Part shown: positions 45,901 through 54,288 of the stretch, piece after piece | Layout: each line of letters starts with the position of its first letter | Numbering within the stretch: the first letter of the stretch is position 1 | Assembly: GCA_964586635.1 (NCBI GenBank) | Contig: CAZPGN010000001.1 | Location: forward strand, 72,932-136,931 | Direction of reading: 5' to 3' | From: an uncultured Candidatus Saccharibacteria bacterium | GTDB taxonomy: Bacteria > Patescibacteriota > Minisyncoccia > Phycocordibacterales > CAZPGN01 | DNA length: 64,000 nt | Notes under the pieces: generated by a model | What the model was told of the DNA's origin: nothing | What the model saw: the letters and a program-made list of their open reading frames with translations, nothing else | Databases searched by the model: none | Translations under genes and position numbers: made by a program

Positions 45901-48900
45901 CAGGCCCATCTGTGCGGTAGGCAAACACAGGAGCGTTGCCGACCGCATTCGTGCCGTCCGTTACCCGGCCCGTAATGGTGTATCCAGGTTTTGTCATTTT
46001 AAGCACGAACGGATTTGCGCCGCTTACGCCAGTGGATGCCGAAGTTGAGCCGTCAATGAAGGCATTGCCGGACGAGTCTATGACAACGGAGACCTCACGC
46101 GACTGTCCGACTCCCGGAGCGAACGCACCGACATTGTACGAACCGGAAACAACGCGAATAGAAAATGTGCCATCGATTGCCGTTTGTCCGTGACTACCCA
46201 ACCCAAGGGAGGGCGAGTATGCGTACACGCCCGCATCGGAGACGGTGTTGCCGCTTCCGTCCTTAAGAATGCCTGTTATCGTCTTGTCCGCCACAGAAAT
46301 GGCAAATGTGTATTCTGTAACACGAGACCCGCCAACCGTTGCAATGCATGCAGTCGGACATCCCTTCACTTCGACCTCGATCGGTTTCGGCATTGACCAG
46401 GTGGTGCTAGGCGGCCCAGACATAAAGCCAGTATCGCCCTTCGGCATTGCCGGACCGAAACCGATACCCCAGAACCCGTTCACTTGCGGGAGCGGCATTG
46501 TAGTAACTTTTGTTGCGGAAAGAGCGGCTGTTCCTGGAGTAATCGTGCGCACCACGAATTCACCTGGGCCCCCCGCAAATACATCGAGCTGTTCAGTCGC
46601 TGTGAAAGTATTTAAGGCGGCTGTCATCTTGATATCTATGTTTACAGCAGATGAAGTCGCCGTAAGCGCGAAGTCTCTCGTGATAACGCTTGTCGAGGTT
46701 GCGAGCACCGGCGTCGGGTTGGGTTTGCCGAAGAAACCTGTGGTGGTGCCGGTAGGACTCACTATGGCATTAGTCGACAGCATGTATTCACCACCGCCAC
46801 CAAAGTTGTTCGACAAGAACTCGGTATTGATAGGAATATCGGTAAATTGGTACACGCCGCTCGCGTCAGTTGTACCGATTACTTGACCGATTTGAGGTGA
46901 AAACAGATTTATGTCAACACCTTGGAGGTTCGCGCCATTCCCAGATACTCTCCCACGAATGGTTGTCGTCGCTCCAGAAGAACCTATCCGTCCGTTTATA
47001 TAGATCGGGTTTGCGCTAAAGGTCTCAAGGAGTACTCCAGATGCGTTGCGTGATTTAATGTCTATCGAATAACCAGGGCTGTCGAATCCTTTCGGAATGG
47101 ATGGATTTTTTAGATCTACAACGCCGAACCGTAGGAAATCGTGCGCATCGCCCGATTCGCTGCGCGTCGCGGCATTAAGTGTGAGGGTTACGGTCTTCGC
47201 CGCAGCGTCGCGCGCGATAGCCGCGATGCCAACAGTCCCGGTGCCAGGCCCGTTGATGTCCTTATTTTGCTCATTCAGATATGGGTTGCGGGCTGATGAT
47301 GTCGCCGCACAGCAGATACCGAAATCTGCCGCGGAGGGGAAGGTGAGGACTATGGTGCCGTTTGCGGGTATTTGCCTTGAGATTGGAAGCTCGAAGATAT
47401 AGGTAGTCGAGGCGGAAACGAAATTGGACAAAGTTTGAATGTTCACCGGAGGAACGAAACCGATGCCGGAAGCGGAGAAATCTTTGTGCTCACCGAAGAC
47501 GCTTCCAGAAAAGGTGCCAGGCCCAAGAAGACCGCCACCCGAAGAAGAAAAGCCTGCGACAGTTCCAGTAAAGGTGCCCTCGGTCGTCATCGCATTACCG
47601 CTCATATCCTTGATATTGTTCGCGGTAACTGTGAAGGAAGTGCCGGCTGGAAGCTTTACGCCAGAGATTTGCGCAGTGCGCGTAGTCGAGTCATAGGTGA
47701 CAGAGTGCCCTGCCAGCGCGGAAAGCGTAATGCCTGAACCCGCAGTAACAGAGTAATTCGCAAGCGTCTTCGCATCACCCGAATTGACAGCCTCATTAAA
47801 GGAAATCGCTATGGAGAAATCGTTCGCGTTGGCAAAGAGAATTGAGGGCGGCTGTGTATCGGAATTCGTAGCTTCGACCGTCCAGTCCCGCGTTACCGTC
47901 CCCGCAAGAGGCGTCCCTGAAGTGTTCTTCAGTCCTCCCGCGCCTCCGACGAGCGTCAAACGCAACTGGGAGTTCGAAGGAAGCACATTGTTCGGAACAA
48001 AGTGGCCCTCTTGCGTAACGGGATTGTAATAGACAGTCCCTGGAATATTGGCGCCGCCAACGATGCTCATACTTACCGAGCCGGAGGTTGCCGTTGTCGG
48101 ATCTATTGTGTCATCAAAGACGAAGAGAAAATCATTCATGTTCGCCGCAATTGGTGCGCTTGCACTCGGTAGAACGGATTGCAGAATCGGCGCCGACGAA
48201 TCGGTAGAGCCCGAGGTCGTGAATTTCGAGATATATGCCGTTTGTGCGGCGACGCCGTTTGTATTCCGTACGCCGACCCCGACAGTGAGCGTATAAGTGC
48301 GATTCGCTCCGAGGGATGCAGGCATCATCGTAAGAAGATTCTTGCCGGTCGAAGTGCTCATAACGAAATTGGATAGTACCACCGCCGCGCCAAGGTCATT
48401 CACGAGCGTGATATTCGCGTTCGTGAGCGTGCTGACATTCATATTTGCCTGACTGAATTCTACTGACAACACGGAGAGATTCGTCGGCACATTCTGCGCA
48501 CTGTTGAATGGACTGGCGCCAAGCACCTGCGGGGGCACGAGATTCGTGGAGGTCTGGGTACTTCCGCCGGTCGTAAAGGTGATGGAATACGGCTGGCTTC
48601 CTGCCGTGAATCGGTTCTGGTCGAGTGGATTGCCGGAGATGTCGCGGATGGTGCTAGTGGCAATAAATGCGTAAATCGTACTGGGCGCAAGATTTGCAGA
48701 AAGGATGCATTTTGCCGATGGCTCAAATGCGCTCGGAAACGGATTATACTGTACGCTCCCGCAGAGGTTCGGGTTGGTCAGACTGCTTGCGTTGCGGAGA
48801 GTGACTGTCGTTGTTGCGGTGGCAGAGATAATAGTTCCGGTCGCGATCGTTTTGTTGAAATTGAACCCGATGTACTGCATATCGATTGGTACATTCGTGT

Positions 48901-50128
48901 TCTGGTCGGACGGGAACGACGCCGAAACCATCGGACTTTCGATGTCGAGAAAGCCGCCGCCGAAGGAGAACTCTTTTGGACTCATGCTGTTTTGCGGATA
49001 GACGCCGGCACTCGTTTGCAGAACAAAGTCGGCGCTATTGTCGCCAGTGTCGCCGCTATTGCCGCGAGTGCTTTCAAAACCTCCTTGACTCATAGAGGCG
49101 GCCGAGGCAGTCGAGGTAGATTTGCGCTCGTAACTATTGTCTACGGCGAGATCGGCGAGACGGGTACCTTCTGCGTTCCCCGCCGGCTGTGCCCCCCATG
49201 CGACTCGGTCAATAGATGTCGTCGTCGCGGACGATGTGGCAATACCAAGCGCGCCGTTTGCAATAAGCGTATTGCCGGATAGCGTCGAATACGCGGCGTC
49301 AAGAGCTGTTCCGGAAGAGGTGTAGTTGGTTTGTGAGCCTATAAGGAAAAAGCCATGCTTAGGTATTACGGTGCGGTAGTAGGTAAGAGTTTTCGAGCTC
49401 GCGATTCCGTCCGCATCATAGAGATGAGGGACCAATCCAGAACCCTGCAGATTAAACGCAAACTCGGAAGGGTTGTACAGCTCAAAGAATTCATCGCCCG
49501 CATTACCAGTCGCCCCGAGTCGAAACTCGCTTATCTTAATAGGCACGGTTTGCTCGAGAAGGATAGCGCGACTGCCAGTGAACTGCGTACCAATGGAACC
49601 TCCCGAAGTTGTAATCCAATTTGGCGATGTGGTTGCGTAAAATTGGTGGCCGTTCGTGAGACCAGCCGTAGATGTCGCGAGCGCGACTACAAAAAATTCC
49701 GTGGAGATAGACCCGACCGCGCCGTTGCCCGTGTCGACCGTAATAGTCTGCTCGGTGCTTGTTGCGGGGTCTATGACCATGTTGGCCGCGGTATTAAGAA
49801 GCGTGTCGGAATCGGGTTGGAAACCGAGATTCGCACCGGATTCTCTATAAAGCTGAAGTTTCCAGATCTCGCCATTCGTCAGTTTTGCGACATTCATCTG
49901 CGGAGTCGAAGTCGCCCGAATGGAAACTTTGACATTGGTGAGCGTGGCGCTTCCCGACGATTGAAGAAGACGAAACTGCAAGAGCGGTATGTACGCGCCG
50001 CCTCCAGCTCGCTGATTTTCAAAAAGAACATCGATGGGCGGAGCATTTTCGATAATGGCCGCTCTGGCAACACCCGGCACTGTAGATGCGACTGCGAATA
50101 AGACAAGAGCGATTGCTCGTAACCTCAT
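42920..50128 (-). CDS. giant secreted cell-surface protein (2402 aa): signal peptide, long array of beta-sandwich (Ig-like / CarboxypepD_reg-like) repeats, poly-Gly linker, two C-terminal peptidoglycan-binding (PG_binding_1-like) domains and a terminal coiled coil
   Basis: N-terminus MRLRAIALVLFAVASTVPGVARA. Recurrent SGTVT…G…TDGTYRL-type repeats. A GGGGGGGGGG run. Two copies of LKTGSRSDDVKRLQQ(I/L)LN.DPDTKI…TGPGSP…TDF(F/L)G.LT..A(L/I).KFQ.K. The C-terminus is EKQVKDLQKLIENLQKQVQ. Confidence 0.85.
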   Translation of the reverse strand: MRLRAIALVLFAVASTVPGVARAAIIENAPPIDVLFENQRAGGGAYIPLLQFRLLQSSGSATLTNVKVSIRATSTPQMNVAKLTNGEIWKLQLYRESGANLGFQPDSDTLLNTAANMVIDPATSTEQTITVDTGNGAVGSISTEFFVVALATSTAGLTNGHQFYATTSPNWITTSGGSIGTQFTGSRAILLEQTVPIKISEFRLGATGNAGDEFFELYNPSEFAFNLQGSGLVPHLYDADGIASSKTLTYYRTVIPKHGFFLIGSQTNYTSSGTALDAAYSTLSGNTLIANGALGIATSSATTTSIDRVAWGAQPAGNAEGTRLADLAVDNSYERKSTSTASAASMSQGGFESTRGNSGDTGDNSADFVLQTSAGVYPQNSMSPKEFSFGGGFLDIESPMVSASFPSDQNTNVPIDMQYIGFNFNKTIATGTIISATATTTVTLRNASSLTNPNLCGSVQYNPFPSAFEPSAKCILSANLAPSTIYAFIATSTIRDISGNPLDQNRFTAGSQPYSITFTTGGSTQTSTNLVPPQVLGASPFNSAQNVPTNLSVLSVEFSQANMNVSTLTNANITLVNDLGAAVVLSNFVMSTSTGKNLLTMMPASLGANRTYTLTVGVGVRNTNGVAAQTAYISKFTTSGSTDSSAPILQSVLPSASAPIAANMNDFLFVFDDTIDPTTATSGSVSMSIVGGANIPGTVYYNPVTQEGHFVPNNVLPSNSQLRLTLVGGAGGLKNTSGTPLAGTVTRDWTVEATNSDTQPPSILFANANDFSIAISFNEAVNSGDAKTLANYSVTAGSGITLSALAGHSVTYDSTTRTAQISGVKLPAGTSFTVTANNIKDMSGNAMTTEGTFTGTVAGFSSSGGGLLGPGTFSGSVFGEHKDFSASGIGFVPPVNIQTLSNFVSASTTYIFELPISRQIPANGTIVLTFPSAADFGICCAATSSARNPYLNEQNKDINGPGTGTVGIAAIARDAAAKTVTLTLNAATRSESGDAHDFLRFGVVDLKNPSIPKGFDSPGYSIDIKSRNASGVLLETFSANPIYINGRIGSSGATTTIRGRVSGNGANLQGVDINLFSPQIGQVIGTTDASGVYQFTDIPINTEFLSNNFGGGGEYMLSTNAIVSPTGTTTGFFGKPNPTPVLATSTSVITRDFALTATSSAVNIDIKMTAALNTFTATEQLDVFAGGPGEFVVRTITPGTAALSATKVTTMPLPQVNGFWGIGFGPAMPKGDTGFMSGPPSTTWSMPKPIEVEVKGCPTACIATVGGSRVTEYTFAISVADKTITGILKDGSGNTVSDAGVYAYSPSLGLGSHGQTAIDGTFSIRVVSGSYNVGAFAPGVGQSREVSVVIDSSGNAFIDGSTSASTGVSGANPFVLKMTKPGYTITGRVTDGTNAVGNAPVFAYRTDGPGHADSFTDSSAGTYTLYVDSGAWKVNVFIPGFGQMTEQTVTVAGANQENIDFAPASTLNFSILSGNIYEDSNSDAAFTAGEGIEGAIIRVSGSSGTNEAVSGSDGAYSVRVRSGSGYSIADIFKPGYGRIAALGNSGAAIGAIDLTASTTQNIRVAPRRTITINIKDSNGNLLEVPKAFIDLFDTSTQLGNHVEITSASSTSLQIANGASTTIRAFIQGVPSSNISVASDDGTNTLVLSGVLQVNGAETIKIVVNTASANLSVVSGTVYHTAATSGNELTDAWISFVNESNGVFAGTQATTSGAYRLSLVDGTYKVIVSKPGYIDTPTSITISGNTTRNFVLTSASRSISGTVTAGGSLSANAFVRAVRVGGGQAVTKTDTDGTYRLSVGEGTWRVFAAAEGYVEAAAAANPISIGANSASSITVALTTTASISSTLMTSNTFTDTSAGSISDTATKVKVDLDANTLGSAGSNSYLTVKETSNFPNTVSVNIVASKAKDINAYSGSSQVKNLQTGKKASIELTYTKAELALSDVDTSAEVDKLKVVSYSEDKKEWESLSTVLTYKDSSGNVITSPASNLSNVSTVAFTSIGSHFSLYALSSATNSDAPAAPANLTATAGNPGSNTITLSWNSSDDSTGYFIYRDTSDTGSFPLLNVPGNVTNYTDTAVTNGTTYYYKVSASKESGSVESAASSAVSAKVNVLGGGGGGGGGGSAPSYLGGSVSDHVLSKTPAISAPASASQGASVSAATLPNPPATPSITAISVSPVFTRVLKTGSRSDDVKRLQQILNSDPDTKISDTGPGSPDNETDFFGLLTKLALQKFQKKHGIISSGSEETTGFGVLGPKTRAKLQEVSSVGVSPAVPATPASVSAAFTRSLDIGTRGEDVKRLQQLLNNDPDTKIANTGPGSPGSETEFLGTLTQKAIGKFQEKYNLAKPSDPGYGFVGPMTRAKLGELGAPTASSVSTEAELEKQVKDLQKLIENLQKQVQVRLGQ

Positions 50129-50282
50129 GGTATGTAAATGAAAATTGATAATGTTTAATCAGAACGAAAAATGGCAAGGATTGCTGTCCTTGCCAAGTAT
50201 TATATTTTCTTTTCGCCGGAAGCAACAGAAGGTTATCCCCGTTCAAGAAAAACGTCGGCTATATATAAATAGGTTAAAATGA

Positions 50283-50324
50283 AAAAGCCTGTGAGAGCGG
50301 CAAGTGATGCCGCTCCCACAGGCT
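50283..50324 (-). terminator. Rho-independent terminator downstream of the pilin-like/SPFH operon (minus strand)
   Basis: The minus-strand reading GCCTGTGGGAGCGGCAtcactTGCCGCTCTCACAGGCTTTTTCATTTT gives a roughly 15-bp stem followed by a T run. Confidence 0.6.
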
Positions 50325-50900
50325 TCAGTTTAGAACAATTTTTATTCTTGCGACTCCAGTCCATAACTTGGGCAAGAGTCGCGTTCTCACCTCCTTTATG
50401 AAATTCCCATAATCATCTGGGTCGGGTTCGTATTTTTCCGACCCCTTATTGATTTGGGTAAGCTCTCCGCAGAGAGCGTCGTCAAGGTCGAGCATTCCCG
50501 ACTCAAACTGGTGAGGGTCGAGAATGTATCTTCCCTTCTCCTCGGTCGGCAGAAGTACGCCGACCGAGAATGTTCCCCTCCAGGCCCTCTCGCCGAAATG
50601 GTCCACGGCTCGTGAAAGACGAGCCTTGAACCCGACAGTCCTGTGCGGCGGCAGAGTGTCCTCTATGATGAGGACACTCTGCCGACGCCATACTCGAACT
50701 GGGATCTCCCCCGTTGGGGCGTCCTCCTCCGAGGGGGAGCCGTGATACCACTGCCCGCGGAGGAAGCCTCGACGCGACCACGACGCAACCGACGATTGTT
50801 CGTCGACTGCTCCGAGAAATAGATGCAGACAGAGTGTCATGGAGAACAGCACCCCCGCTCCTGTCAAGACCTTCTTCCAGACTCCTCTGAACTGCATCAC
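50325..50900 (-). CDS. hypothetical secreted/membrane-anchored protein (191 aa)
   Basis: N-terminal hydrophobic segment VLTGAGVLFSMTLCLHLFLGAV. Last gene of the operon before the terminator. No family recognised. Confidence 0.4.
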   Translation of the reverse strand: MMQFRGVWKKVLTGAGVLFSMTLCLHLFLGAVDEQSSVASWSRRGFLRGQWYHGSPSEEDAPTGEIPVRVWRRQSVLIIEDTLPPHRTVGFKARLSRAVDHFGERAWRGTFSVGVLLPTEEKGRYILDPHQFESGMLDLDDALCGELTQINKGSEKYEPDPDDYGNFIKEVRTRLLPKLWTGVARIKIVLN

Positions 50901-51976
50901 TTACTCCTTTTGTTGAGAATCTTCCCAAGAAGTTCGGCAATCGGCCCGGCATTTTCGATCGAGAATGCCGTGCGCGAAGTGTTCTTATCTCGCGAAGCCA
51001 TGACCATGTTCGCGGCCGTGGCTTTGTCGACTCCTGTCTCCAGCATTATGCGCCGTATATTGCGCGTCATGCTCTCGACATCAACATCTTGAGCCTCGGC
51101 GATCGCCCTCGCCTGACCCTGCTGTTCGAGAGCTTTCTTCGTATCCGTGGTGAAGTCAAAATCCTTCACCAGGACATCAAGGATACCGATACCTAGGCGC
51201 TCCTCGATGTCTGAATGGAGTTTATCCCTCCAATACATGAAGTGCCTCAACAGGTCGCAGTAGTATACTGCGTAGAACTCGTAGAGACCGAGTTTCTGCT
51301 GGCAATGTGCATCCCAAGCCGAAATTATTGCGAGACGATTATCATTCATCACGCCGCCAACTGCTTCTTCTGGGTAATACCCCAGAGACAAACGGCAGGC
51401 GAGACGGAGCGCCACCACTTTTGTTGACTTGAGCGCCTCCTCGACGCTCATTGTCGAGAGCATCTCGAATGCGCAAGCCTTCGCGTGGCGCTCTAGCCAA
51501 TCGACGTGCTCGTTTGTCTTTACGAGAAAATACCGACCGACATCGGTTATCTCGTAATTTATTACGACATCGGCTACGACATCTAGACGATTTCCGGCAT
51601 CCATTACTATTTCAACAGGTATTTTTTCCGTTCTTGCCCGAACATCTATTGGGCCACTGTTCCCAGATATAATCTCGTGGAAAGGCGTGGGTAGAACATT
51701 GAGTCCTGCTGTGAGCACAAATCCGGCGACAGGTTTTCCGAAGAGAAAAACCTGCGCTCCGTGGTATTCAGGCACGAACTTTATACATGCCAGACACCAC
51801 GACACGAGAAATGCCGCCAGCGTGAGAACGAAAGCGAACCATGCCACGCTTGTCCATTGTATTGGATGTATTGGACTTACAATGAACTGAATGCTCACCC
51901 TCGCCACGAACAAAGAGACGCACACCAGAACTATGGAGTAGAAACTACTCCATCGACTCCAATTCAGATTTTTCAC
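50897..51976 (-). CDS. SPFH/band 7 (stomatin/prohibitin-like) domain membrane protein
   Basis: N-terminal TM helices, then FLFGKPVAGFVLTAGLNVLPTPFHEI…IDVRARTEKIPVEIVMDAGNRLDVVADVVINYEITDVGRYF. This matches the SPFH pattern of stomatins (…PGLNFI.PF.D…D.P.Q…T.DN..V.VD.V.Y..V.D). Coiled-coil C-terminus. Confidence 0.5.
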   Translation of the reverse strand: MKNLNWSRWSSFYSIVLVCVSLFVARVSIQFIVSPIHPIQWTSVAWFAFVLTLAAFLVSWCLACIKFVPEYHGAQVFLFGKPVAGFVLTAGLNVLPTPFHEIISGNSGPIDVRARTEKIPVEIVMDAGNRLDVVADVVINYEITDVGRYFLVKTNEHVDWLERHAKACAFEMLSTMSVEEALKSTKVVALRLACRLSLGYYPEEAVGGVMNDNRLAIISAWDAHCQQKLGLYEFYAVYYCDLLRHFMYWRDKLHSDIEERLGIGILDVLVKDFDFTTDTKKALEQQGQARAIAEAQDVDVESMTRNIRRIMLETGVDKATAANMVMASRDKNTSRTAFSIENAGPIAELLGKILNKRSK

Positions 51977-52142
51977 GAAGAAACCCTCTCTTTAGTCAGT
52001 AGATTTCAAAGGTCAATTTGATGTGCTTTATATCATAATATGATTGTGTCGTCAACTAGCTAGGTGTGGTATTAGTCCAACAACGAAACAGCCCGCGAAA
52101 ACCTTTGGTTTTCGCGGGCTGATCGATTCCGAATTCGGCACA

Positions 52143-52400
52143 TCAGAAACTACGCACTGTCGATATAATGAGATTCACAATGCCAAATGCAGAAACCATG
52201 ATCGCCATGCCGAGAACTCCCCATACCATGTGCTGTTTCCCCTTTGTCAATCTACTTTCATCTCCCGCGGCGCTTACAAACTCAAACACTCCCCAAAGGA
52301 AGAATATGAGGGCTAGGCCAAACAAGAGACGGATCAGCGGATTAATAATCGCGTCATTAATCTTGCCGATTACAGGAAGGGCTTGAGCAGAGCGATACAT
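52143..52400 (-). CDS. small 2-TM pilin-like protein (paralog 5; lacks the N-terminal signal region)
   Basis: Shares the family core I.P..xLA.I.F.WG…A.GD…WGV…S..G.VN with the four upstream paralogs. Architecture resembles TrbC/VirB2-type pilins. Confidence 0.4.
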   Translation of the reverse strand: MYRSAQALPVIGKINDAIINPLIRLLFGLALIFFLWGVFEFVSAAGDESRLTKGKQHMVWGVLGMAIMVSAFGIVNLIISTVRSF

Positions 52401-52417
52401 ACCATGTGTATATATGC

Positions 52418-52891
52418 TTAACGAAAGATACCTCCTATTTGCTCAAGGATATTGCCGATATTCCCGCCTGTGCCGCCCGCACCCTGGCCAGGAGCGGCCT
52501 GAACTCCGGGAGATTGCACTGCTGGGCCTTGGAATACACCTCCTCCCGCCGTAACGCCAAACGATCTGCCGACAAGCAATACAAGGCTGTAAACTGATAC
52601 GAGCACAAAGAGGGCAACGAGGCCCCAGGTCATTATCTCGCGCCCTTCAGCTCTATTGCTAGAGTCTTTTGCCGAGCTAATGTACTCAACGAGCCCCCAC
52701 ATGAAGTAAATCACCGCGATCGTAATAACGATAGGGATGATTATATTGAGGATGCTCTGCACCTGCACAAGTATCGTCTGAACAGTGCTCTGATCACGAG
52801 TCGCAGTTTGGGCAAAAACAAGCACGGGAGCAAAATACATGCCAATTGCCGCCAAAACGCGCGCATATACGCTGGTAATATAATTATGCAT
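52418..52891 (-). CDS. small secreted 2-TM pilin-like protein (paralog 4) with Gly/Gln-rich C-terminal tail
   Basis: Signal-like N-terminus, core IIIPIVITIAVIYFMWGLVEYISSAKDSSNRAEGREIMTWGLVALFVLVSVYSLV, then a low-complexity GGGVFQGPAVQSPGVQAAPGQGAGGTGG tail. The start is trimmed to MHNYIT. Confidence 0.45.
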   Translation of the reverse strand: MHNYITSVYARVLAAIGMYFAPVLVFAQTATRDQSTVQTILVQVQSILNIIIPIVITIAVIYFMWGLVEYISSAKDSSNRAEGREIMTWGLVALFVLVSVYSLVLLVGRSFGVTAGGGVFQGPAVQSPGVQAAPGQGAGGTGGNIGNILEQIGGIFR

Positions 52892-53002
52892 AATTATATG
52901 TTGTTGACTGTGGTATGTTACTTTTTTCGACCAAAAATATAACTGGCGACATACCGCGCCATCCCGTGCGCGCCGCTTCGGCATGCACGGGATGGCGCGC
53001 TA

Positions 53003-53467
53003 CTAGAAGCCAAAAAGTCCTCGCAGGGCTTCGCCAAAAAGCTGTTGGGATGATCTGATGGGCGAAGTCTGGCTTCCTCTAGAACTGGGTTGAGTAGCGG
53101 AGAAGCTACCCGATGAACTCCCGGCAAATCGCAGTTGCGGCACATTAGGCTGGGTATTCTCAAGATCGAGTGTCCGAGCAACAACATTAACGAGACCATA
53201 GACCGATGTCATTACAAAAAGCGCTATCACTCCCCAAATCATTATTTGTCTCCCCTCCTGCTTCGCATCTCCCGCGCCCTTTATGTATTGGGCAACTCCC
53301 CACATGAAATATATAAGCGCGAGCGCGATAATGACCGGAATGATACCGTTCAGCATCGAAAGCACTTTATCAATAAGTGTCCCGAGCGTCTGACCTTGCG
53401 CAAATGCGGTCCCAGACGGCAAAAGCGCGACAGATAGAAAAGCTATGACTTTATCTATTTTTTTCAT
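53003..53467 (-). CDS. small secreted 2-TM pilin-like protein (paralog 3) with Ser-rich C-terminal tail
   Basis: Signal peptide MKKIDKVIAFLSVALLPSGTAFAQG. Core GIIPVIIALALIYFMWGVAQYIKGAGDAKQEGRQIMIWGVIALFVMTSVYGLVNVV. Confidence 0.5.
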   Translation of the reverse strand: MKKIDKVIAFLSVALLPSGTAFAQGQTLGTLIDKVLSMLNGIIPVIIALALIYFMWGVAQYIKGAGDAKQEGRQIMIWGVIALFVMTSVYGLVNVVARTLDLENTQPNVPQLRFAGSSSGSFSATQPSSRGSQTSPIRSSQQLFGEALRGLFGF

Positions 53468-53468
53468 A

Positions 53469-53882
53469 TCAATTTAGGAGTCCTATTGTACTTTGAACGA
53501 CCCCAGCAATAATGTCAGCTCCGACTAAGATACCGATTCCGATGACCGTCCACAGAAGCGTCGCCTTCGCAGTCTCAAGCTGTTTCTCGTCGCCGCGTGC
53601 TGTGACAAAAAGGAACCCCGCGTACACAATAAAGAGAATGGCGACGGGAATAGCAAGCTGAACGAGCGCGTCAAGTATTTTTGCAATTAGCTGGTTGAGT
53701 GTGCTTACCTCCCCAAGCGGATTCGTGAGACCACCTCTTGTACCGCCAGAACTTGGTTGGAACACGCCCGTTCCTTGCGCTCTTGCGACACTCACCGAGA
53801 CAAGGTGAGCGCCTAGCACAAGCATAGCGCATATCGTGCGCGCCCCGTATCTCATTTTCTTAATTGTGTGGATAAATCGCAT
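53469..53882 (-). CDS. small secreted 2-TM pilin-like protein (paralog 2)
   Basis: Signal peptide, then LAIPVAILFIVYAGFLFVTARGDEKQLETAKATLLWTVIGIGILVGADIIAGVV. Same architecture as the neighbours. Confidence 0.5.
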   Translation of the reverse strand: MRFIHTIKKMRYGARTICAMLVLGAHLVSVSVARAQGTGVFQPSSGGTRGGLTNPLGEVSTLNQLIAKILDALVQLAIPVAILFIVYAGFLFVTARGDEKQLETAKATLLWTVIGIGILVGADIIAGVVQSTIGLLN

Positions 53883-53883
53883 A

Positions 53884-54285
53884 TTAGATTTCTACGCTAC
53901 CGCCAGTAAGGGCAAATAGGATAAACCGCACGATAATGTATGCCGCGGCCGCAAGCGCGATGCCGATCACCGTGTTCTTCATTATGTCTTTTGCGTCGCT
54001 TCGCTGACTTTCGTTCCCCGCAGAAGTTATAAAGAGAACTCCAGCGACACCAAACGAAAGCGTTCCGACCACTACGGCGAATGTCACAAAGAATTGCAAC
54101 ACGCGATCTGCAAGGCCTCCCTTTCTGATAAGGTCGTTGAAGGTACAGTTGTACACGCACGGCACTATTGGCTGTTCGCTCTGTGCATACGCGACTGGCG
54201 CGAGCGCCGCGGTTCCTCCGAGAACGGAAAGAACGGCAAACGTGACGAGACACAATATAGCTATTTTTTGTCCGGCTGTGCGCAT
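53884..54285 (-). CDS. small secreted 2-TM pilin-like protein (paralog 1)
   Basis: Signal peptide MRTAGQKIAILCLVTFAVLSVLGGTAALAPVAYAQ. Two hydrophobic helices separated by a short polar loop (TSAGNESQRSDAKD), as in TrbC/VirB2 pilins. Confidence 0.5.
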   Translation of the reverse strand: MRTAGQKIAILCLVTFAVLSVLGGTAALAPVAYAQSEQPIVPCVYNCTFNDLIRKGGLADRVLQFFVTFAVVVGTLSFGVAGVLFITSAGNESQRSDAKDIMKNTVIGIALAAAAYIIVRFILFALTGGSVEI

Positions 54286-54288
54286 AAG

